From assembly GCA_963662665.2 (NCBI GenBank), contig CAXXJS010000016.1, forward strand, positions 66,725 to 130,724: a DNA stretch of 64,000 nt. Reading direction: 5' to 3'. This DNA is from Candidatus Latescibacterota bacterium. Its GTDB lineage: Bacteria; Latescibacterota; UBA2968; GCA-2709665. How positions within the stretch are numbered: position 1 is the stretch's first letter; each line of letters begins with the position of its first letter. The translations under genes and the position numbers were made by a program. The notes under the pieces were generated by a model, which ran no database searches, was not told the DNA's origin, and saw only the letters and a program-made list of their open reading frames with translations. This document shows positions 22,833 to 33,008 of this stretch, one piece after another.

Positions 22833-23300
22833 ATGTCTGACAACATTAAGATCGTCGTGCAGAACCGCAAAGCCCGTCGGGATTATTTTCTTGTCGATTC
22901 CTACGAAGCCGGCCTCGAACTCAAAGGCACGGAAGTGAAATCACTACGCCTGGGCAACGCAAGTATGGCAGACTGCTATGCACGCGTGGAAAACAACGAA
23001 GTCTTCCTGCATAACCTCCACATTGGCGAATACACCGAGGCCAACCGTTTCAATCACGATCCGGTCCGCAAACGCCGGCTGTTGCTTCACAGCTACGAAA
23101 TCAACAGGGTAAGGGTCCGTACCGAGGAAAGGGGACTCACGCTCGTAGCACTGAAGGTCTATTTCAAACGCGGAAGAGCCAAGGTCGAACTTGCCCTTGC
23201 CCGGGGTAAACGTGAATACGACCGGCGACGCGACATCGCCAAACGGGACGCTCAACGTGACATGCGGCGAGCGCTGAAGTTTCGGAAAACGGGACGCTAA
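22833..23300 (+). CDS. smpB: SsrA-binding protein
   Basis: NRKAR.DY, EAGLEL.GTEVKSLR, R.R.LLLH, ARGKREYDRR. Confidence 0.97.
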   Translation: MSDNIKIVVQNRKARRDYFLVDSYEAGLELKGTEVKSLRLGNASMADCYARVENNEVFLHNLHIGEYTEANRFNHDPVRKRRLLLHSYEINRVRVRTEERGLTLVALKVYFKRGRAKVELALARGKREYDRRRDIAKRDAQRDMRRALKFRKTGR

Positions 23301-23481
23301 TGGCCGCGGCGGCTTGAATCCGATTCCGGAACACCATCTTCATCCTGTCGAGAACGTTCAGGAAAAATGAGAACCGGCGCCGGGCCCTTTTGCCGGCCCG
23401 CGCGGCGGATGCGAAAGTGGACGTTTCAGCGTGAAATGGCCGAAGCCGTCTTCAGAGGTATCCGAAATTTCAAACACCGAT

Positions 23482-24369
23482 ATGAACGACAACTCACACA
23501 TAACTGATCGTCCGTTACGGATCGACCTCCCCGGCAGCGATCCGGGGTACTATTACGACCCCCGCGTTACGGCCGGTCTGCACGGCGATATCAAACTCTC
23601 ACCCAGAGTCGAGAGGCACTGCCAATGCGGAGGCAGGCCTCCTTATCAGATTTTCCAGCGGCAGGATGCCGAGCCGGCCTGGTGCCCGTGCAGACGTTAC
23701 CGGTTGAGGACGCACGAGATTAACCGGCTTATCGGGAACTCCGGCATCCCCGGCCCTTTTCGATATAAGTTCCTGGACGATTTCTACGAAAAATACGAAG
23801 GAAAACCAATCGGCGGCGCAAACCAGCTCAAACGGCACCTCGGGAACCTGATCGATAAGGCCCGCACCCGGAACGCCTCGCGAGAGCCCGGCGCCAGGGC
23901 GGACGCTCCCCTCTCGATGAGAGGGTACTTTCTGTCGGGCAGACCCGGTGTAGGTAAGACCTACTTCTCCTACGTCGCGCTCAACGAACTCATCTTCCAC
24001 TCCGGGCGTCCCGGTAAATTTATCAGCCTGTCAAAAGCATTCTTTCAGACACTTCGGTTCGCGTTCGACGAAAACAGTCCGATGCACGGGAAATCCGAGG
24101 CCTTTCTGCGTACCCTGGGCAACGTCCCGTTCCTGGTGATCGACGACTTTGGCGTGCAGCGGAATACGGAATGGGAGGTGGAAATGCTATACAACCTGGT
24201 GGATACAAGATACGCCCACCGGCGTTTCACGATTGTCACCACCAACCAGGATATTGAAAGCGTGAAAGACCTGGCGGATGGCAGGCTCTATTCAAGGTTC
24301 ATTGAAATGTGTTATATCATCCGAATCCAGGGAACCGACTTCCGTAAACACGCCAGAATAGAACTATAA
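23482..24369 (+). CDS. DnaC/IstB-like AAA+ ATPase
   Basis: CxC...CxC N-terminal motif, Walker A GRPGVGKT, Walker B LVIDDFG, TTN, RLYSR; alternative start 23431. Confidence 0.8.
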   Translation: MNDNSHITDRPLRIDLPGSDPGYYYDPRVTAGLHGDIKLSPRVERHCQCGGRPPYQIFQRQDAEPAWCPCRRYRLRTHEINRLIGNSGIPGPFRYKFLDDFYEKYEGKPIGGANQLKRHLGNLIDKARTRNASREPGARADAPLSMRGYFLSGRPGVGKTYFSYVALNELIFHSGRPGKFISLSKAFFQTLRFAFDENSPMHGKSEAFLRTLGNVPFLVIDDFGVQRNTEWEVEMLYNLVDTRYAHRRFTIVTTNQDIESVKDLADGRLYSRFIEMCYIIRIQGTDFRKHARIEL

Positions 24370-24461
24370 AGTATGAATTCCCGGTTCAGACGATGGCGAG
24401 TTCCATCTCGCCGATTCGCTTCGTCGGTTCCGCGCGATTCACCGTCATTTGCCGGTTTCCC

Positions 24462-25052
24462 ATGTCCTGTATTGTAGTAGCCACAAAAAATCCCGGCAAG
24501 CTCATAGAGATCCGGGAGATACTGGATTCGAATGTCAGGGTCCGTTCTCTGGACGACTTCCCCGACGTCGGGGATATTGTGGAGGACGGAAGGACGTTCG
24601 AGGCCAACGCAATCAAAAAAGCGCTTGCCGCATCCTTCCATACCGGCCAGGTATCCCTGGCCGATGACTCCGGCCTTGAGGTGGACGCGCTCGACGGCGC
24701 TCCGGGCGTCTATTCCGCAAGATTCGCGGGCGACAACGCCACCGACGAACAGAACAACCGCAAACTTCTCGGGCTCCTCAGAGATATCCCCGGCGCGGAA
24801 CGTACGGCCCGATTTCGCTGTGTGATTGCCATCGGCGATCCCGATGGCTCAGTACGGACGGTCGAAGGCAAGGCGGAAGGACTGATCCTGCGCGGCCCGC
24901 GGGGGACGGGCGGGTTCGGCTACGACCCCCTGTTTCTGGTTCCCGGCATCCGGCGTACGTTTGCCGAGCTGGCGCCAGATGAAAAAAACAGGCTCAGTCA
25001 TCGGGGAAAAGCCATTCGGTCCGCGTTTCCATTGTTAAACAAGATTCTGTGA
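24462..25052 (+). CDS. rdgB: XTP/dITP diphosphatase
   Basis: ATKNPGK, ADDSGLEVDAL.GAPGVYSAR, GFGYDPLF, SHR. Confidence 0.95.
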   Translation: MSCIVVATKNPGKLIEIREILDSNVRVRSLDDFPDVGDIVEDGRTFEANAIKKALAASFHTGQVSLADDSGLEVDALDGAPGVYSARFAGDNATDEQNNRKLLGLLRDIPGAERTARFRCVIAIGDPDGSVRTVEGKAEGLILRGPRGTGGFGYDPLFLVPGIRRTFAELAPDEKNRLSHRGKAIRSAFPLLNKIL

Positions 25053-25081
25053 TCCAGGTCCAATGGCGCACGTCCAGCTGC

Positions 25082-25297
25082 TCAATTCTTCTCAGAATCG
25101 TCCGCGTCGGCGCGGCGCTGATACCGCCTCACCCGTCGCACGAAGATCCAGATCAATCCCACCACCGCCAGGTATTTCAACACTTCCCACACCCATCCCT
25201 CCCATCCCAGAATCACTGGCCAGAGCGCGAATATCGACAGCAGGATGAGCAAATCCTCCAACGCAACCCAGATGCGGCGTTCTTTGCCATTTGACAT
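25082..25297 (-). CDS. small two-TM membrane protein
   Basis: GAGGAGG RBS before ATG 25297; two hydrophobic helices followed by a basic tail. Confidence 0.65.
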   Translation of the reverse strand: MSNGKERRIWVALEDLLILLSIFALWPVILGWEGWVWEVLKYLAVVGLIWIFVRRVRRYQRRADADDSEKN

Positions 25298-25388
25298 GGA
25301 TCTATCCTCCTCTCGGGTGTGCCCGGGCTTGCGACTGTCTCCGATAGTCTTTTGGGTAAACACACGGCGTGGGGGCCTGCAACGTGGT

Positions 25389-27569
25389 TCATCTCCCCGA
25401 TTCCGTCTCCCGCTGCAGGTATGAATACACCTGATAATTCCGATACACCAGCTTCACGTAATTGCGCGTTTCCCGATACGGTATGCTCTCTACGAACTCA
25501 TCCACGTCGTGCGCCGGGAACCGAGCCGACCATTTCCGCGCCACATCCAACCCTGCATTGTAGGCCGATAACGCCAGGTGGAACCGTTTGTCTTTACTAT
25601 CTCTGAAGTACCGGAGATGATCGGCCAGATGCCTGGCGCCCAGCAGAATGGACGTCTGTGGATTCCACAAGTCTTCCGTTGAGAAACCCTTGAGGCGCAG
25701 TTTGCGCGCCATCTGGCGTCCCGTAGCCGGCATCACCTGCATTAATCCGCGCGCACCAGCCCGGGACAATGCCGTTTCATCGAATGCACTCTCCTGACGG
25801 ATAATTGCAAGCACCAGATTGGGGTCGAGCCCGAAATCCTGAGCGGTCCGGCTGATCTCGGCCACGTAATACGCAGGGTACAGCCTCCGAAACGAAGCGA
25901 GCGTCACCGGCATCCCCCGTTCACGTTCCAGATTGACAATCAGGCCGGCTATACGGAGCGCCTGGTTCATAGCGCCAATACGTTCAAATCGCCGCTGTAA
26001 CTCACTCAGGGCGTATATTTCTTTTCTGTGCGCCCATCCTGCGTGCCGGTATTCCCGTTCCGCTTCATCGTAAAGCCCCAGGTCCGCCAACCTGTCGCCT
26101 TTCAACAGGTAGGGCGACGGTTCATATGGCGGATGACGTCCGTTTGCCCCATGAGAAATTGGCCCAGGAAGATAAGGCCTGTCTCTCAATGCCAGAACCG
26201 CCCGCGCCCGGGAACCGTAGTACGAAGTGGGAAACCCGCCTGCGGCCCGATGCATCCAATTGGCGGCCATCTCCTTGCGTCCCGTCCGCTCATGGGACTT
26301 GCCAGCCCAGTAGTAGCCCTGGTCCCTCATGTAATTCTGGGTCGTCCGATCCGCCAGCTTCAGAAAGACCCGCGCGGCCTCCTCGAACCTGTCCAGTGCG
26401 TACAGCGCGTAACCGGCGCGCCACCTGGCGCGGTCGGCCAGTTGACTTGCGGGATAGCGCGCGGCCAGATTCAAAAACACTTCGCGCGCCTTTGTGCGTC
26501 TTCCCCGCCTTTCATACGCCATTGCGGCCTGCCAGAGCGCCTCGGATGCCCCCGGCGTTGCAGGATAGATACGCGCGAACGATTGAAACCGCCCGGCAGC
26601 CCTAAGATCCTGCCCCAATTTCACCGAACATCGTCCCAGATTGAATAACGCCTTCGGCACCAGGTACCGGCGATGGGCCTCCTGGAACGCGCGCTCGGCC
26701 GCCCTGTAGTCCTTTCGTTTGTAGTGGGTCAGCCCCAGTTCATGTTGCGCCCGACCCTGCCATGCGATGTCGCCGGACTCTTTTACGATCCGTTGAAACA
26801 TCCGAACCGCTTGTCGAAACCGCCGGTGGCTCGAATGGGCGATCGCCCCGTAGAACCGTTCCTGCACCGTTAACAGTTGCCCCATCGAAACCAACGCGTC
26901 AATTGCCTCCGGCGACTCCGGGTGATCCCTCACGAGACGCAGCCGGATGCGCCGCGCCTCAGTGGTATCTCCCGAAACTTCCAGGGCGCCTGAAAGACCC
27001 GCAAGCGCCCTGACCTCCTGCTGGCTCCCACCGGGCAACTTACGGTAAAACCGGGCAGCCTCCTGCGCCCGTTCCGACCGTAAATGGAGTTCGGCCGCCT
27101 GAAGCGCCGCGTCCTCCAACAGCCCGCCCGAAGGCCGCGCGTCCACAACCCGCGCAAAATACACCAGTGCGCTGTCCACCCGCCCTAGCCCACGGTGGCA
27201 TTCCGCCTGCCAAAAATCCACGTAATCGCCAATTTCCCCCGGCGCCATCTCCGGTATGCGAAAGACGTCCAATGCATCTTCAAAGCGACCGAGCGCCTTG
27301 AAACACAGCGCCTTCTGAAGCCGGGCCCGGCGAATCGCCCAACGATCCAGCCCGGCGAGGTCCATTCCGGACAACACATGCAACGCGTTCCGGTACGCGG
27401 TACGGGCTATGAGAGTCTCGGCCCTGGACAGCGGGTCCAGGCGCTCGCCTCTCCCCAACCTCCCCGGGACAGCCAGGACAGCCGCCGTCACGAACGCCAG
27501 GGAAATACCGGCAAGCCAGACCTCCTTCAGCCTGACCCTGGCCAGGATACACTTGGAATTGGACTTCAT
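25389..27569 (-). CDS. TPR-containing soluble lytic murein transglycosylase
   Basis: N-terminal anchor, TPRs, SLT motifs IIRQES, GA.GLMQVMP.T, AYNAG, IPY.ETRNYV. Confidence 0.92.
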   Translation of the reverse strand: MKSNSKCILARVRLKEVWLAGISLAFVTAAVLAVPGRLGRGERLDPLSRAETLIARTAYRNALHVLSGMDLAGLDRWAIRRARLQKALCFKALGRFEDALDVFRIPEMAPGEIGDYVDFWQAECHRGLGRVDSALVYFARVVDARPSGGLLEDAALQAAELHLRSERAQEAARFYRKLPGGSQQEVRALAGLSGALEVSGDTTEARRIRLRLVRDHPESPEAIDALVSMGQLLTVQERFYGAIAHSSHRRFRQAVRMFQRIVKESGDIAWQGRAQHELGLTHYKRKDYRAAERAFQEAHRRYLVPKALFNLGRCSVKLGQDLRAAGRFQSFARIYPATPGASEALWQAAMAYERRGRRTKAREVFLNLAARYPASQLADRARWRAGYALYALDRFEEAARVFLKLADRTTQNYMRDQGYYWAGKSHERTGRKEMAANWMHRAAGGFPTSYYGSRARAVLALRDRPYLPGPISHGANGRHPPYEPSPYLLKGDRLADLGLYDEAEREYRHAGWAHRKEIYALSELQRRFERIGAMNQALRIAGLIVNLERERGMPVTLASFRRLYPAYYVAEISRTAQDFGLDPNLVLAIIRQESAFDETALSRAGARGLMQVMPATGRQMARKLRLKGFSTEDLWNPQTSILLGARHLADHLRYFRDSKDKRFHLALSAYNAGLDVARKWSARFPAHDVDEFVESIPYRETRNYVKLVYRNYQVYSYLQRETESGR

Positions 27570-27724
27570 GGCTGGATGGCAACGGATGTCATCTGAAGGG
27601 CGCAGTAATCGTTGCGTCGGTTACAGGTGTCAATCGCAGGAGCATGGGGGATGCGATACCATAAATCAGGCCTTATTCGGAATTTTGCAAGCCGCTCGTT
27701 GGACGCCCGCCCGCGTCGGCGCCG

Positions 27725-28315
27725 CTATTGGAAGAACGGTTTAAAATCCTCAATAACGGCGAGTACGCCAAAGTAGGTGAACACCAGTCCACAAACGACA
27801 TTCAGCGTAACGAGGAAAAAACCCATCCTGAACGGTTCGGGCAGATATTTGCGATCTGTCCATACCATGGCAAAGCACCACGGCCCGGCCAACAGAACAC
27901 CTGTAATATGAAGTGGGATCGTCATTATCGAACTCGGGTTCCAACCCACCCCCCGGGGATCCAGGGCTGCCGTCCACCAAGCGTAGATCACGAGTCCGAT
28001 CGCCGTAACGCCGGAGTAGAGGAGCGTCCGGAGGCGCATTCTGTCCAGGGTCAGATTCCGCCACTTCACCGACATGGATCGGACGCATTCGTGCGCCGTT
28101 CGCACGTAGAGTTCAAACGCGCCGTAAACCGTGCCGAAAATTGCTCCGCTGCGCGACGCCCAGACCGTTTCCCCGCTACCAATCGTCACCGAAGCGATGG
28201 CGGCGCCGGGGCCGAAGAACTTCAGGAAGTCCAGGACCCGCCGGGAGCGCAACTCCGGCGCCAATTCCGGAAAACGCCGCTCTTGTTCCTCAGGATTCAC
28301 GATTGTCCCCTGCAT
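27725..28315 (-). pseudogene. Nramp/MntH-like transporter with a probable large in-frame internal deletion
   Basis: N-terminal GPGAAIASVTIGSGE motif joined at GAIFG directly to a C-terminal-type segment (TVYG...DRKYLP); only 196 aa. Confidence 0.6.
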
Positions 28316-28396
28316 GCCCGCGCTTCTGTGCGTAATCGTGACTTTGCTACCATTCCAGGCGCGAACACCGGCGCCCGTGGTCGATTCGGAAGTGAA

Positions 28397-29362
28397 TTAC
28401 CTGATTGCGAACGGATTTCCCGGCGATCCGGTGGCTCCCTTAAGCCTCAGCGGCGCGAAAACGAACGCGAATTCGTAAGCTTCGTCTGCCGCCAGACCGT
28501 CCAGGTCCAGATTCTCCAGGATATAGACCCCGTTACGCTGGATCAGCAACTCGTGGACCCGGAACGCACCGTCCGCGTCTTCCCCGGGCACAGCCTCGAC
28601 CGCCCATGTATCGGCGCCGACCATGACGATCTTCTTTTCAAGCAGCCACCGCGCGGCTTCAAGCCCAATGCCCGGCTGACCCGAGTTGTAGGTCTCATTG
28701 TCGACCATCCACAGTTTTCCGTGGCCCGTGCGGATCAGTACGATGTCGCCTTCCGTGACCGCCACGGCCTGCTTTTTCAAAGCCCCTTCGACGTCGGCCG
28801 CGGTAATCACGTAGCCGACTTCCAGCCGCTCCAGCCCCTTGTACTTCGCCACGTCCACCAGGACGCCACGGGTGAAGATAACACCGACGTTTTCAATTCC
28901 GAGTTTCTCCAGTCCGTAAGCCGTCCCTACCTCCGACCGTGTATATCCATTGTAGAATATGTCCTGATCGCCTCTACGCGTACCGATATGACCCAATCCG
29001 TCGAACTGGGTCCCCACCTGGCCAATCTCGCCGCTGAACATCTCGTCGTACCAGATCAGCTGGTTTTCCCCGAGGGGGCCTCCGGTTGGCGACCCGGGAA
29101 TGGTCAAACTGTAGTGACGGTTGCCGAATAACGGTATTCCCGGCTCGTACACGCGGCCAAGCTGGTAGGTCTTGCCCGCCTGGATCAGCCTCGCACCCTC
29201 CAATACCTTCCGCGGGGTCAGCCGGTTTGCCGCACCTCGCTGGTCTTCCGCTCCCCATTCCGACGGCCACCATTTGTCGCCCTCAGCCGCTTTCTCCGCG
29301 AGGGCCGGAGTTATGGCGATCAGGCATCCGACAATCATCGCGCATAGGTATTTTTGTGGCAT
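28397..29362 (-). CDS. exported cyclase-family (kynurenine formamidase-like) protein
   Basis: Signal peptide, WG..DQRGAAN, GTQFDGLGH, TRGVLVD, ENLDL, GATGSP. Confidence 0.88.
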   Translation of the reverse strand: MPQKYLCAMIVGCLIAITPALAEKAAEGDKWWPSEWGAEDQRGAANRLTPRKVLEGARLIQAGKTYQLGRVYEPGIPLFGNRHYSLTIPGSPTGGPLGENQLIWYDEMFSGEIGQVGTQFDGLGHIGTRRGDQDIFYNGYTRSEVGTAYGLEKLGIENVGVIFTRGVLVDVAKYKGLERLEVGYVITAADVEGALKKQAVAVTEGDIVLIRTGHGKLWMVDNETYNSGQPGIGLEAARWLLEKKIVMVGADTWAVEAVPGEDADGAFRVHELLIQRNGVYILENLDLDGLAADEAYEFAFVFAPLRLKGATGSPGNPFAIR

Positions 29363-29585
29363 TCAGGCCTCCTCTCAGGCACATGGTTGACACCGTCCGG
29401 GCACTTACCGGGATTATGATAAGGCGCGCAGTGATCAAAGGCAAGCGCGGATTACCTGTATATGCCCAACGAACAGAAGGGTATTGCGCCCGCACCCTGC
29501 GCATGCTATTTTAGAAACTGTCTCAATCGCCGCTCGTAAAGCGGGGCGCCGCTTCCACGCTCTGCGTCTTTTTCGAGGCCATCCG

Positions 29586-30605
29586 ATGAAGACAAAAATG
29601 CTGGGGAGAACCGGCCTGGAGATCCCCATAGTGGGTTTGGGTACCGGTTTTATCGGTATCGCGGATCCGAACCTCGCGGCATCGGAATACGACTTTATGG
29701 ATGCGCCAACCTGGGGTCGGCCGGGTATTTCCGCGGAAGGCGGCGGTCGGACAAGCCATATGGATATCGGAGAGGGAATTGCAACGGTACACGCGGCAAT
29801 CGAAGCGGGCTCAACGTTGATCGATACCGCCCCTTTGTACGGTTCGGGCAACAGCGAATCCATTATCGGCCGCGCCCTGAGGCAACGTCCCGACCTTGCA
29901 GAACGGTGCACGGTCACAACAAAAGTCGGGCAGACGGCCGAAGGACGGGACTATTCCTACGACGCGGTTATGCGGCAGGTGGAGGAAAGCCAGAACCGGC
30001 TGGGCATCGACGCCTTCGAGGTGCTCTACATCCACGATGCGATGGATATGCCCATCGAAACCGTCATGGGGAAAAATCGTGCCCTCGGCGCCCTCCGAAG
30101 ACTTCAGGATTCGGGCGTCACGCGTTGTGTCGGCACCGCAGCCAATGACCCCCTCACCAACGTTCGGTACATCGAAACCGGGGAATTCGATGCCGCCGTC
30201 GTTCCGGAAGCGCTGAGCCTGATCAATCAGCTTGCCGCCGATCGAATCCTGCCGGCGGCGGTGAAACACAACGTGGGCGTCCTGATCGCAACGCCGGTGG
30301 AACGGGGACTGCTGGCCACGGGTCCTGTAGACGGCATTAACTATCTCGCCCGGAAATTCAGCCGGACCTGCCTGAACCACGTGGCGCGTATCCGTGACCT
30401 TTGCGCGAGCCACCGCGTTCCCATGGTTGCGGCGGCCCTTCAGTGGTGCACGCGGCATCCTCAGGTCGCCGCCACCATTCCAGGCGCCCGCGTTCCGTCC
30501 GAGGCCCGGGCCAATGCCGACGCCGGAGCCAAGGATATCCCTGAAGCATTCTGGAAGGATCTCGACCCCCTGATCCGCCACTTTGAAGTAGACGTGGACC
30601 GGTAG
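29586..30605 (+). CDS. aldo/keto reductase
   Basis: LGRTGL, DTAPLYG, TKVG, YIHD, TIPGAR. Confidence 0.9.
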   Translation: MKTKMLGRTGLEIPIVGLGTGFIGIADPNLAASEYDFMDAPTWGRPGISAEGGGRTSHMDIGEGIATVHAAIEAGSTLIDTAPLYGSGNSESIIGRALRQRPDLAERCTVTTKVGQTAEGRDYSYDAVMRQVEESQNRLGIDAFEVLYIHDAMDMPIETVMGKNRALGALRRLQDSGVTRCVGTAANDPLTNVRYIETGEFDAAVVPEALSLINQLAADRILPAAVKHNVGVLIATPVERGLLATGPVDGINYLARKFSRTCLNHVARIRDLCASHRVPMVAAALQWCTRHPQVAATIPGARVPSEARANADAGAKDIPEAFWKDLDPLIRHFEVDVDR

Positions 30606-30659
30606 GGCCTTGTCGCGCCCGACTCCGCACAATACTTGAAAGTCAGGAATTTCCGTCTC

Positions 30660-31550
30660 ATGGCTCCAAAACTGACCCTCTTGGGCACCGGAACCCCTAC
30701 CCCGCTTTCCAACCGCGCAGGTTCCGGCTACCTCGTCACGTTCGACGGGGAAGTCCTGCTGTTCGACTGTGGCCCGGGTATCGCGCGACGCCTCCTCGAA
30801 ATAAAGGTACCGCCCGAGGCGCTGACGCGCCTCTTTCTCACCCACCTCCACTACGACCACTGCGTTGACTACGCGTGCATCGTCCTCACCCGCTGGGATC
30901 AGGGCGCGGGGAAAATCCCCGACCTTGAGGTATACGGTCCGGCTCCGTTGAAACGCATGACCGAAAGGCTCCTGGGGTCCGACGGCGCCTTCGGGCCGGA
31001 CCTCGACGCACGAACACGGCACCCCGGCAGCGAGTTCGTTTACGAACGGCGGGGTGGAATTCTGCCCCGGAAACGCCCCGAACCCCTCGTCACCGAAGTT
31101 GCAGACGGCTCATGCATTCAGGGTGGAAACTGGCGGGTCGAAACCGCCGAAGTCACCCACGTTCAACCGCAGCTCACCTGCCTGGCCTACCGGCTGGACA
31201 CCCCCGACGGAACCATCGTCTTTGGAGGCGACACGGCGCCCACGCGGCGCCTGACGGACCTGGCGCGGGATGCGGACGTCCTCATCCACATGTGCCACCT
31301 GATCAACGACGTCGAACTGGATCCGCGCATTACAGGCTGCTGTTCCGGACACCTCGACGCCGCCCGGACCGCAAGAGAGGCGAATGTTGGCACGCTTGTC
31401 CTGACCCACGTCACAGAACAACTGGAACCGCCCGGGGTCAGGGAGCGCCTCGTGGCCGAAGCCGCGCGCATTTTCGGCGGCCACATCGTCTTCGCGGAAG
31501 ACCTGACGGACGTACCCGTGGGTCCCATCGATCCGGAGCCTATTCAGTAG
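30660..31550 (+). CDS. MBL-fold metallo-hydrolase (RNase Z/AtsA-like)
   Basis: LLGTGTP, FDCG.G, THLHYDH, GDT, LVLTH. Confidence 0.88.
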   Translation: MAPKLTLLGTGTPTPLSNRAGSGYLVTFDGEVLLFDCGPGIARRLLEIKVPPEALTRLFLTHLHYDHCVDYACIVLTRWDQGAGKIPDLEVYGPAPLKRMTERLLGSDGAFGPDLDARTRHPGSEFVYERRGGILPRKRPEPLVTEVADGSCIQGGNWRVETAEVTHVQPQLTCLAYRLDTPDGTIVFGGDTAPTRRLTDLARDADVLIHMCHLINDVELDPRITGCCSGHLDAARTAREANVGTLVLTHVTEQLEPPGVRERLVAEAARIFGGHIVFAEDLTDVPVGPIDPEPIQ

Positions 31551-31631
31551 CCGGCAACGGTCGCAACGTCTCCGATATCGGTCGGCATCTCCCTTCTTCA
31601 AACTCAATACTCATACACCAGGAGTTTCCAC

Positions 31632-32996
31632 GTGAAAGCCGTCATTCCGGCTGCCGGAAAAGGCGAACGGTTCTATCCCTTCAACCACTACCGGCCCAAA
31701 CCCATGTTTCCCATCTGCAACCGGCCTCTGCTGGAATGGGTCGTCGAACGCACGGTTGCAGCCGGCATCACCGACGTTGGCATCGTCGTCGGCCATCGGC
31801 AGGGTCGGATTCGCAATCATTTTGCCGACGGACGGCGATTTGGATGCAGAATTACTTATGTTGAACAATCGGAGCAACTCGGAACAGCCCACGCCGTCTG
31901 CGCTGCCACGGATTTTATCGGCAACGACGACTTCCTGGTCGTATACGGCGACCTGTTCTTCGAACCGTGTGTCCTTTCGCAACTCCTGCGGGCATTCTCC
32001 GACCGCTCGGTTGCCGCCGTACACCGCAGCGAACAGCTGAACCGGCGCATTCGCGTGGAAACCGACGGCCGTGAAAACATCGTCAGTTACACCTGGAAGC
32101 CCCGTTCATCCGCCGGCACGGCCCTGTCCGGCCTTTTCGTGTTCAGAAACGACGCGCTTCAGGACCTTGCCGGTACGTCAGGATTTATGTCCGGCGTACA
32201 AAACGGCGTTACGCCGCCCGAGGGCCACGAAATCGCCGACGCCCTACCGCTGATGTGCCGGGAGGGCCGGCCCGCTGCCGCCGTACACACGGACGGTGTC
32301 TGCTTCGACATGGACATGCCCTGGGAACCCCAGGGCATCTGCCGTCTGGCCGTGAGGGAAATGGCCACGGGTCTGCAGGACCCGCACGTCGCCGAGACCG
32401 CGCGGGTCGATCCGGACGCGCGCATCGACGGCCCGGTATCTGTGGGCGAAGGCGCAACGATCTCACGCGGGGCCCGAATCAGCGGACCCGCATGGATCGG
32501 CAGAAACACGCATGTTTTCGAAGGCTCCCAGATTGCCTCGGATACGGTCATAGGAGACGACTGCCGGATCGGGCCTTTCGCGAAGGTCTCCGGTATTGTC
32601 GACAGCAATAACCACATCACCTTTCTCGGCGAGTTCAGTGGGGTTATTCTCGCAGGGGGTCGAATCACGCACCAGATGCAAGTCGCCGGTATCTACGGCG
32701 AAGGCGCGGAATTCGGCGCCGGCACCCAGGTGGGCACGCTTCGATTCGACGACGGACCGACGCAGGTGGAAGTGAAGGGCATCCGCCTTCCGGCGCCCGG
32801 ATTTTCGGGCGCCCTGTTCGGCGACTACGCACGCACCGGCGTGGGAACCATACTCATGCCGGGCCGCATTGTCGGCCCCGGCGCCATGGTCGGTCCCGGC
32901 GTGGTCCTGATGAACAACGCGCCGCCTCACAAAGCGGTGATCCTGAAGCAGCAGCATCAGGAAATCGACTGGGGACCGGAGAAATACGATCATTAG
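31632..32996 (+). CDS. sugar-phosphate nucleotidyltransferase with left-handed beta-helix (GlmU-like)
   Basis: AAGKGER..P....PKP, EQ...LGTAHA, YGD, C-terminal hexapeptide repeats. Confidence 0.85.
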   Translation: MKAVIPAAGKGERFYPFNHYRPKPMFPICNRPLLEWVVERTVAAGITDVGIVVGHRQGRIRNHFADGRRFGCRITYVEQSEQLGTAHAVCAATDFIGNDDFLVVYGDLFFEPCVLSQLLRAFSDRSVAAVHRSEQLNRRIRVETDGRENIVSYTWKPRSSAGTALSGLFVFRNDALQDLAGTSGFMSGVQNGVTPPEGHEIADALPLMCREGRPAAAVHTDGVCFDMDMPWEPQGICRLAVREMATGLQDPHVAETARVDPDARIDGPVSVGEGATISRGARISGPAWIGRNTHVFEGSQIASDTVIGDDCRIGPFAKVSGIVDSNNHITFLGEFSGVILAGGRITHQMQVAGIYGEGAEFGAGTQVGTLRFDDGPTQVEVKGIRLPAPGFSGALFGDYARTGVGTILMPGRIVGPGAMVGPGVVLMNNAPPHKAVILKQQHQEIDWGPEKYDH

Positions 32997-33008
32997 TCCG
33001 GGGTATCG

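Noticed and set aside
23300-23480. tmRNA or prophage attachment site next to smpB
   Set aside because: The gap is too short, with no tRNA-like ends and no integrase
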